This document shows, in pieces, positions 25,645 to 32,000 of a stretch of DNA of 32,000 bases. Numbering within the stretch: the first letter of the stretch is position 1; the number at the start of each line of letters is the position of its first letter. The DNA comes from Ktedonobacterales bacterium. GTDB lineage: Bacteria > Chloroflexota > Ktedonobacteria > Ktedonobacterales > JADMIN01. The DNA is taken from contig CP126532.1 of the NCBI GenBank assembly GCA_030167145.1, positions 930,001-962,000 of the forward strand, given 5' to 3'. The translations under genes and the position numbers were made by a program. Below the pieces are notes generated by a model. That model was not told the DNA's origin. It worked only from the letters and a program-made list of their open reading frames with translations, and made no database searches.

Positions 25645-26155
25645 CCGCCGGGCTGATGTCCACCTATTTCCCCGGCGGCATGCATATCTTCGTGCCTGTG
25701 CTCCGGCCATTGATGGCCGAGAATGCTCCGCGTAATACTCATTTCGTTTAGGCTTCTGGCGTTTCTTAGTATGATGGGGCTACCAATGGAACAGGGCCGC
25801 AGAGCGAGAGCGGAATGGGTCGCTACCGACGTATTTGGAGCGCGACGCAACGCCTCATAAGACGACATGGACCGAAAGGAATAGGCCATTACCTCTACCC
25901 AATTGTTATTGCCATCATCACCTATTCTCTACTGGCACCGTCTATGCTGTATGGTGCAGCAGACACAGCAGACACAGCGGGGATACGGCGTTCGAGACGA
26001 ATTGTCCTGCTCGTGGCTCGTGGTGGTCCCCGCAGCGAGCGAGTGTCGCGCCATGCCCGCTATGCTCGCTGGTCGCACGTGTTGCTCGGCAGTGTGAGGG
26101 CGTGTTCCGTGTGCCACGAGTGCCACGGACCAGGACAAGAGATGGAGGAGTTCAG

Positions 26156-26659
26156 ATGCGTCTGCGTCGGCTTTCACGCCCCCTTGCGGCGGTGCTGCTT
26201 GCGCTAGCACTTGCCCTCGTCGTCGCCACGCCCACCTTGGCGTACGGCAAAGACAACTGGCAGCTCGGCTTCTCTGGCACCGGCGTGATCCCCAGCACAG
26301 GCCAAGGCTTTGGCTTCTGGGGCTGGTGCGCCTTTGGGGGTGGTATCACATCTGGCAATGATGGCGATTGCCAGGTCTCGCAGTATGTGCACGCCCCAGC
26401 GGGTGGCGGCTTTACCTGTGAGGAGAGTGTTGACGTCACCGCCTGGGATGCCAGCGGTGGCACGTTCGTGATCGAGGCCGCGACTGTGACCGTACATCCA
26501 AGCAGCCTCACCGAGGCCTGCCTGGCGTTCTTCCCAGGTCCGGCGGGATTTCCTGTCGATACGGGCTTCCCAGCTGCGGCGGGCCACTATAACCTCGGGG
26601 GCATCGGCGGAGTACGGGGCGAGTTCCAAGTCCAAGTGACCCAGATCCCTTCCAAGTGA
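26156..26659 (+). CDS. small secreted protein (167 aa), four Cys, unknown function
   Basis: ATG 26156 lies 6 nt after GGAGGAG. Signal peptide: MRLRRLSRPLAAVLLALALALVVATPTLA/YG. The mature part is Gly/Trp-rich with 4 cysteines. The ORF-track start 25835 is upstream non-coding read-through. Confidence 0.65.
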   Translation: MRLRRLSRPLAAVLLALALALVVATPTLAYGKDNWQLGFSGTGVIPSTGQGFGFWGWCAFGGGITSGNDGDCQVSQYVHAPAGGGFTCEESVDVTAWDASGGTFVIEAATVTVHPSSLTEACLAFFPGPAGFPVDTGFPAAAGHYNLGGIGGVRGEFQVQVTQIPSK

Positions 26660-26688
26660 CCCAGATCCCTTCCAAGTGACCCAGATGC
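26632..26688. repeat. 20-bp tandem repeat CCAAGTGACCCAGATCCCTT x2 plus a 15-17-bp partial unit, spanning the stop codon of the secreted-protein gene
   Basis: Units at 26632-26651 and 26652-26671 are identical; a partial unit follows at 26672-26688. The stop TGA (26657-26659) lies inside unit 2. Confidence 0.9.
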
Positions 26689-26875
26689 CATAGACCCGCA
26701 GGCCCAGATGACCCGTGCAGGGCTCCGTTCGTCCCAGCCGGAGAGGAAGCCATCCTCGCTGGCGCCGGTCTCTTGTCGTCGCGTTGCTTAGCGCCTGCCT
26801 GCTACGCTATTTCATAGAAGGCAGGCTCGCCGCTGTCCTCGTCCTCGTGCCCGCTCGCGTTGGCGGAGCAGGCGA

Positions 26876-26940
26876 GCTGCTCACTCACCCCTCGGCCGCT
26901 CCAGGACACTCCTGAGCTGGTCGAGGGGTGAGTGAGCAGC
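26876..26940. terminator. 19-bp perfect inverted repeat (GCTGCTCACTCACCCCTCG ... CGAGGGGTGAGTGAGCAGC) with 27-nt loop, between convergent genes
   Basis: Arms at 26876-26894 and 26922-26940 are exact reverse complements. The location fits a bidirectional terminator, but the stem is unusually long and there is no U-tract. Confidence 0.45.
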
Positions 26941-27048
26941 GTTTAAGCAGTAGGCAAGGGGCAGGGGCTAGTTCCCCGTGTGTCCGTCACCGCCATACTC
27001 GCCACATACAATTCACGCGCGATTACAATAACCTCATCGCAATTGGTA

Positions 27049-30000
27049 TCAGAAGCCGAACGTTACCACCGTATTCTGGTCCAGCGGGAGGTTGTCATAG
27101 CCCTTCAACGGCTTCTTCCCTTGCAGCAGCGCCGCCCACTGGTCTTCGCTGGTGATCGTCACGTTGTCCAGGTTGGGGTTCTTGGCGTGCAGTTGCGACG
27201 TATCCACGTAGACCGTGAGATAGTTGCCGAGCTTCAGCAGAAAGTCGCCGCTTCCAGCCTGCTTCTCCACCAATTCGGTATACGTCCCGTGCCCGTTCGC
27301 GTCCATCGTGAAGGCATGTGGTGTGTACCACGTGATGTAGATGTTCTGCGTATGCGGGCTGGCATTGAATGGGCATCCCTGATCATAGTCGCCGCCTGGT
27401 CCGGTACCCTGCCAGGTGCTGAAAAAGTGGCGTGTTTCGACTTGAAGGGACGGATCAGTCTCTGTTCTGCAGGAGACCACCAACCCTCCAAAAACCATCG
27501 AACGCCCAGGGACATCACTGATCGTCGTCGGTTGCTGAAATTCGTGAACTGGCGGACTATCAGTGCAATCTACAACGATTGCAGCCTGATAATTTGAGCA
27601 CCCATCTGGTGTCCAGAAGTTCGCAGGTATAAATCCAGAGTACCCCAATATTGTCGCGTCCCCAGGTAGATAGGTTCGCTGCATGTCAACGTAATCTTCC
27701 TGGGGAACTTCCTTATTAAATACGTCACCTTGCTTATAGTAGGTAACCGATATCTGCAAGCGATGGAGCGCGCCACCGTTGGGCAGCAGTGTGATATAGT
27801 CGGTCTGCTTCTCTGTCACGAACTGGTTGGCCTTGTTGCCGCCATCGTTGGTATCCACCACGAAGAAGCCGTCGCCATTGCCGCGTGAGATCTCCGATGA
27901 CAGGCCAAGCTGCCGCAGGATTAGCTCGGCGTGTGGATCGCTGAAGTAGAGTTGCAGATCTTTGCTCTTCAGCGCCTGTTCACCCACCTTCAACACTGCC
28001 TTGAGCTGGCTGCCATGCATCTTTTTGACCCGCGCCAGCAGCGCCTGTGCGAGATCATGCGTGAATTGCTTACGTGGTGCAGAATGCGACGTTCTATCAA
28101 GTTGGTACTTATGGATCAGCGCCTGCATGTTCTGTGCGGTCACCTGCTGGTTGTTGTAGTTCGGCAGTATGATTGGCCCTGTAGCCAATAGCAGATCTTC
28201 GATCAGTACCGGCGTGAAAGCGATGACACCCTGCAACTGGCCACCGCCGGGAATCGAGTTCGGCGTATCTTCTACGATGCGCATCGCCGTCTGCGCATTG
28301 ATGGGGAAGTCCGGCGAGAGTCCAGAGTCACGTAAGCCCCATTCAAACTGGCAGCTAAAATTTCGGTACGGCCACCACCAGTAGTAATTCGGCGGCTGTG
28401 GCCCGCCCGCATAACAGTCGGTGCCAGGTGGGGCCTTGCCGAAAACAGCTTGATAATAGGCGCTATCCAAATTGTAGGTATCGTCCAGGGCGAGCGGGTG
28501 CTTCGCATCCTGGCGCCCGCCAGTCAGCGTGAGGATGCCATAGTTACCCATGAAGCCGCCCGCCGGGCGTAGCTCGGTGCGGTCCATGGCGATTACCAGA
28601 TAGTTCGCTGGCTGGCCGATGCCGAGCAGCGCGGGCACGCTATCCAGCAGCGTCGTCATCTCCGCCAGGATCGGCGGGGCCTGCGGCAGCAGCGAGAGGT
28701 ATTTGCTGAACTTCTTCAGCGAGCCGTTCAGCGCGTCCGGGCTGAGTTGGTGATAGGCTTCCAGCGCATCCTGCACGCGCACCGAGGCGTCGGCCAGCAC
28801 CGCCCGCGCCTGGGTGATGTCGTTCATCGTCAGCCCTGGCGAACTGGAGTCCGCCGCCAGCGCGCCGCCTTGGAGGGGCGTCAGCACCGTCTGCGCCACT
28901 TGCAGCGCCTCGTCGGCGGTGGCGGTCAGGTCGAAACCGATGCGCGTCAGCAGCCGGTAGTTGCGCACCGTCGGGTTGACGGCGGCCAGTGGCGCGCCCA
29001 CCACGTTCATCGCGCTGTTGATCTCATAGAGGTCGCGCGTCAGTCCGTCCACCTCGCTCTGCGCCGCCTTCAACTTCTCCGCGTTGAAGAGCGCCGACTG
29101 ATCTGCGAGCATCGTCTGCACGTTGTTGATGCGCCGCAGCGCGTCGGTGGCGTCGTAGCCCAGCCGCAGAATCGGCACAATCGGCGCGCAGCACGCCAGG
29201 ATGAAGCCGAAGAGGAAGAACGCCAGCATCGCCGCCGCCGCCGGGCGCTTGCGCAGCAGCAGCCGCGTGCGCGCCAGCCGCCCCATGCGCGGATGAACCG
29301 CGCCAAGCTGCGCCAGTGTGCCGAGCGAGTCTTCCAGCGCGCCATCGCCGCGTCTGCCCCGCCTGCCGCCGCCCCACTCCTCTTCGTCGTCGTAGCCGCC
29401 CAGCGATGGCTCATAGCCCGTGGCCCAGCCGCTATCCCATGTCCCCGTCTCGGAGCTGGCGTCGTAGCTGCCGGTGGCCCAACCGGTGTCCCATGTGCCG
29501 GTGCCGAAGTCCGCATTCCACTCGTCGTCATCCCAGGTATCGGGCGCGCGGCGTCGCGGCGGCTGACCGCGCCCACCTCCGCCACCACCGCCCGCGCCGC
29601 TGCCACGTGGAGCGCGGCTGCTTCCGCCACGCGCCGCCCCGTCACGCGGGCGCGGCTCGCTCCGGCGCGGGCGTTCGTCGCCGAACTCCGGTTCGTCGGG
29701 GACATCGAATGGCGCTTCGTCGTTTTCGTCCCAGGCTTTCAGTTCGTGCCGGTCGAAGTCCGAGGCGCGCCACTCGCCCGCACGCGGCGCGCGGATATTT
29801 TCGGCGGCCTTGCGCAGATTGTCGCCGAGGCGGCGCACCTGTCCGGTGAAGGCATGCAACGTATTGCGGCGGACCGGGCCGCCCTGCCGTGCGCGCGAGA
29901 GCAATCCATTGCCGCCATTGCCGCTATTGCCGCTATTGCCGCTATTGCCTCGTGCGGAGCCATCAGCGCCACCGCCAGAGGATGTAGGCGGTCGCGTCGC

Positions 30001-30246
30001 GCCGGGGTCGTTCTGCTTATTCTCAGGCGACGAGCCGCCCTCGCCGCCAGCATAGCGGCTCAGCAAACCACCACCCTGGCGCGCGCTGTTCGGATCAGAC
30101 GGCTGCGGACGCCGGGGCGCGGGATTCTGGCGTGGTCCGCTGGCCGCGCGTGGCGGAGCGCCGCGCCTGTCCTGTGCCCGGTCGTTCTGGTTGCCGTCAT
30201 CCATGCTCATGGCGTCGCTCGTTTCTTCGCCTGAAATCCCTTGCAT
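27049..30246 (-). CDS. DUF4012-domain membrane protein (1065 aa) with ~330-aa disordered Arg/Gly/Pro-rich cytoplasmic N-terminus
   Basis: Single TM segment: AAAMLAFFLFGFILACCAPIVPIL. The extracytoplasmic region contains LLGIGQPANYLVIAMDRTELRPAGGFMGNYGILTL, which matches the DUF4012 hallmark (NxAE(L)RxxGG(F/L)xGxYG). The N-terminus has GNSGNS repeats and W/acidic motifs. Confidence 0.8.
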   Translation of the reverse strand: MQGISGEETSDAMSMDDGNQNDRAQDRRGAPPRAASGPRQNPAPRRPQPSDPNSARQGGGLLSRYAGGEGGSSPENKQNDPGATRPPTSSGGGADGSARGNSGNSGNSGNGGNGLLSRARQGGPVRRNTLHAFTGQVRRLGDNLRKAAENIRAPRAGEWRASDFDRHELKAWDENDEAPFDVPDEPEFGDERPRRSEPRPRDGAARGGSSRAPRGSGAGGGGGGGRGQPPRRRAPDTWDDDEWNADFGTGTWDTGWATGSYDASSETGTWDSGWATGYEPSLGGYDDEEEWGGGRRGRRGDGALEDSLGTLAQLGAVHPRMGRLARTRLLLRKRPAAAAMLAFFLFGFILACCAPIVPILRLGYDATDALRRINNVQTMLADQSALFNAEKLKAAQSEVDGLTRDLYEINSAMNVVGAPLAAVNPTVRNYRLLTRIGFDLTATADEALQVAQTVLTPLQGGALAADSSSPGLTMNDITQARAVLADASVRVQDALEAYHQLSPDALNGSLKKFSKYLSLLPQAPPILAEMTTLLDSVPALLGIGQPANYLVIAMDRTELRPAGGFMGNYGILTLTGGRQDAKHPLALDDTYNLDSAYYQAVFGKAPPGTDCYAGGPQPPNYYWWWPYRNFSCQFEWGLRDSGLSPDFPINAQTAMRIVEDTPNSIPGGGQLQGVIAFTPVLIEDLLLATGPIILPNYNNQQVTAQNMQALIHKYQLDRTSHSAPRKQFTHDLAQALLARVKKMHGSQLKAVLKVGEQALKSKDLQLYFSDPHAELILRQLGLSSEISRGNGDGFFVVDTNDGGNKANQFVTEKQTDYITLLPNGGALHRLQISVTYYKQGDVFNKEVPQEDYVDMQRTYLPGDATILGYSGFIPANFWTPDGCSNYQAAIVVDCTDSPPVHEFQQPTTISDVPGRSMVFGGLVVSCRTETDPSLQVETRHFFSTWQGTGPGGDYDQGCPFNASPHTQNIYITWYTPHAFTMDANGHGTYTELVEKQAGSGDFLLKLGNYLTVYVDTSQLHAKNPNLDNVTITSEDQWAALLQGKKPLKGYDNLPLDQNTVVTFGF
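29907..29951. repeat. 9-bp tandem repeat (CCATTGCCG/CTATTGCCG) x5 inside the DUF4012 gene
   Basis: Read directly. It encodes GNSGNSGNSGNGGNG on the minus strand. Confidence 0.9.
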
Positions 30247-30562
30247 CCCACCGCCGGAACGGACGGACGTTCACCGCTCATCATGCGCCAGGGGCCACAT
30301 AGGCGGGTCATATGGGCGCTGTCTGAGAGTGTATGCGAGATCGAGTCCATATACCCACTACTATGATGACGCAGCGAGAGCGCGAAATGTGCCACCCGTG
30401 GTCCTTTCCACCCGCCCTCTCAGCGAATTCTTAGCCGCGCCACGGCGCAACCCAACCCTGAGCAGGCTACCATCCGGGCCAAAAGGCCGTCAAGCGCGAT
30501 AGGACTTCCACGCTAGATTGCTGAGGACAAACAGCACGCTCATCCGCCAGTCATACGAGCAA

Positions 30563-30590
30563 GAAAAAAGCCGCTCGTGAAAGCGGCTTC
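30563..30590 (-). terminator. Rho-independent terminator (minus strand) downstream of the tRNA fragment
   Basis: The minus strand reads GAAGCCGCTTTCACGAGCGGCTTTTTTCTTGC: an 8-bp GC-rich stem (AAGCCGCT/AGCGGCTT), a short loop and a T-run. Confidence 0.8.
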
Positions 30591-31122
30591 TCTCATCTAT
30601 AGGTGTGTACTGGTGCCGGTGGGGGGACTCGAACCCCCAAGCTCGTACGGGCAGCAGTTGCAGTCACGACATAGAGGAGAAGGAGAAGCAGAGACAGATA
30701 TCTTCTCTCGAACCATTGTCACGAAAGATGATGAGAGTGATCTAGGCGGCGGAGGCGGAGAAAACGCGCATGCGAGCGTACAGGCGTACAAGGGGAACCG
30801 TGGTAGCCCTGCCGTCGCTTCGCTCCTAGCCTCAGCGCCCGCCGCCGCCGCCAGTGCTTCACTCCCATCAAAAGAAGAGAAGCCGACGCAGACGCAACTC
30901 GCAGAGCGTGCAGACCTGCGAGACCTCGCCGGATTGCTCGCCGGATCGGTGGCGCGCGCCGCGAAGTTGACGGCATACGATGCTGCGGCGCTGGAAACGC
31001 TGGTCAGCCGCTATGAGGGGCATGGGCGGACATGGCTGCTGGATGAGGCGAGCGCCGCCGCTGATTGGATTGCGAGCGGGTGGAATAAGAAGCTGAAGGA
31101 CAAGCAGCGACGGATGGGGTGA
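30577..31122 (+). CDS. questionable ORF; only the C-terminal ~60-90 aa looks coding (possible gene remnant or small protein)
   Basis: The 5' third overlaps the terminator and tRNA fragment, so it cannot be genuine coding sequence. The 3' part (…LAGSVARAAKLTAYDAAALETLVSRYEGHGRTWLLDEASAAADWIASGWNKK…) has G/C-rich third positions. The only in-frame starts there are TTG or GTG. Confidence 0.2.
   Translation: MKAASLIYRCVLVPVGGLEPPSSYGQQLQSRHRGEGEAETDIFSRTIVTKDDESDLGGGGGENAHASVQAYKGNRGSPAVASLLASAPAAAASASLPSKEEKPTQTQLAERADLRDLAGLLAGSVARAAKLTAYDAAALETLVSRYEGHGRTWLLDEASAAADWIASGWNKKLKDKQRRMG
30611..30660 (-). pseudogene. 3' fragment of a tRNA (T-arm + acceptor 3' strand + encoded CCA); 5' half absent
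   Basis: The minus strand reads ...CTTGGGGG-TTCGAGT-CCCCC-CACCGGC-A-CCA, a perfect T-arm and acceptor end. The complementary 5' acceptor strand GCCGGTG, D-arm and anticodon arm are not found within about 500 nt. The fragment length is approximate. Confidence 0.7.
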
Positions 31123-31372
31123 TTTACTTGACGGTGGCAGGGGTGTGTTGGGCGCTGGGGATGCCTGGCTCAGGCGCAACTGCGCGCCCCCCTTGGAACC
31201 TCTCCTCGGAACGGCTCGGAGAGGCTGTTGATCCACTACTTTCCCCCACTTTGGGCTCTACAGGTCTCAGCATCCGCTCAATCCTACCACAGGTGCTGCT
31301 GTAGGATGAGGGCGTGCTCCAGCTCGGGGCGGCAGGAGATGACGGAGTGGAGTTGCGGCGGTGAGGAGCGGA

Positions 31373-32000
31373 TCAGGAGATGAGGGGGATCGCGAGGAGC
31401 ACGAGGAGGATGCCGATGGCTTGCAGGCGGGCGACGCGCTCGCCCAGCAGGAACGCGGCGAGCAGGACGGTGGCGGCGGGGTACAAGGAGGAGAGGATGG
31501 CGGCGACATCCAGCCGTCCGCTGTGGGCGGCGAGCAGAAAGAAGGCATTGCCGAACGCATCGAGGGTTCCGGCGAGTACCACGAGGAGCGCGACGTTCCT
31601 GCCGGGCAGCACGGGCTGACGTCGCAGGAGCGTGAGGAGGAGGATGCAGATGACGGAGGTAAAGCGTGCGGCGGCCAACGGCCAGAAGACGGCGGCGGGA
31701 CTCACCCGGCTGATGAGGATGAAGAAGCAGCCAAAGCCACATCCGGCGACGACGGCCAACCCGAGGCCTTTTGGGGGTCCGTGGGCGCGCTGCGGGCGCG
31801 AGATCAGGGCAATCGCGAGGAGCGCGAAGCAGAACCCGATCAGTTGCCGGGGCGTCGGAAGGCCCGCCGTGAGCACGCTGAACAGGACGGGCAGCGATGC
31901 GGTCAGCACCGCCGCGACGGGGGCCGTGATGCCCATCTGACCCCGTGCGAGGGCGGAGTAGAGGGCGAGCAAACCGAGCACACCCGCCACCCCGCCCAGC
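31373..32000 (-). CDS. EamA/DMT-family transporter, C-terminal ~209 aa (N-terminus beyond window end)
   Basis: The ORF is open to the window edge. It encodes successive hydrophobic helices with EamA-like patterns (LALYSALARG, LLAAFLLGERV..LQ.IG..LVL). Confidence 0.75.
   Translation of the reverse strand, partial: LGGVAGVLGLLALYSALARGQMGITAPVAAVLTASLPVLFSVLTAGLPTPRQLIGFCFALLAIALISRPQRAHGPPKGLGLAVVAGCGFGCFFILISRVSPAAVFWPLAAARFTSVICILLLTLLRRQPVLPGRNVALLVVLAGTLDAFGNAFFLLAAHSGRLDVAAILSSLYPAATVLLAAFLLGERVARLQAIGILLVLLAIPLIS

Noticed and set aside
25645-25678. CCGCCGGG...CCCGGCGG stem right after the DtxR-family stop, as a terminator
   Set aside because: The stem is only 8 bp with an 18-nt loop and no U-tract. 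That is too weak to call as a feature.
28747-30234. 495-aa plus-strand ORF
   Set aside because: It is antisense to the DUF4012 gene and has Arg/Ala-rich low-complexity composition. Shadow ORF.
30577-30720. Complete tRNA (or tmRNA) at the T-arm/acceptor match
   Set aside because: Only the 3' ~45-50 nt are tRNA-like. No complementary 5' acceptor strand, D-arm or anticodon stem could be found by hand upstream. The acceptor end lacks the G3:U70 expected for tmRNA. I therefore called it a fragment.

Overview
High-GC bacterial chromosomal window with strong GGAGG-type Shine-Dalgarno sites. The gene content (DUF4012, TIR-NB-ARC-TPR, modular intergenic hairpin repeats) suggests Chloroflexota or Actinomycetota, but the sequence alone does not settle the taxon.

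Layout:
- 1-7.9 kb, housekeeping: pyruvate kinase 3' part, a phosphorylase-fold protein, clpS, two HtrA-like proteases, a LuxR-type regulator, thrC.
- 7.95-16.5 kb, accessory or defence-like island around a tRNA-Ala(CGC): RelE/ParE-type TA pair, endonuclease VII, a translationally coupled pair (NA37/NdpA-like protein plus a 635-aa membrane-anchored protein), HicAB, and a TIR-NB-ARC-TPR STAND protein.
- 16.5-18.7 kb: repeat-rich spacers with a VOC/glyoxalase gene and a P-loop kinase-like gene.
- 18.8-23.8 kb: tight four-gene redox operon built from complex-I-like modules (NuoB, a NuoI/NuoE chimera, NuoF-like, a NuoG-N-terminus/GltD fusion), with no NuoD, NuoC or membrane subunits.
- 24.1-25.6 kb: orphan ABC ATPase and a DtxR/MntR repressor.
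- 26.2-30.2 kb: small secreted Cys protein convergent with a 1065-aa DUF4012 membrane protein.
- 30.6 kb: 3' fragment of a tRNA with its own terminator.
- Window end: EamA/DMT transporter, partial.

I found no rRNA, CRISPR array, transposase or integrase.

The best candidate for an undescribed system is the NA37-like + membrane-protein pair (9349-12398), together with the adjacent TIR-STAND/HicAB cassette, which is bracketed by inverted copies of a structured repeat. The NuoB-containing soluble redox operon is a second unusual system.

All family assignments rest on motifs recognised by eye. No searches were run.
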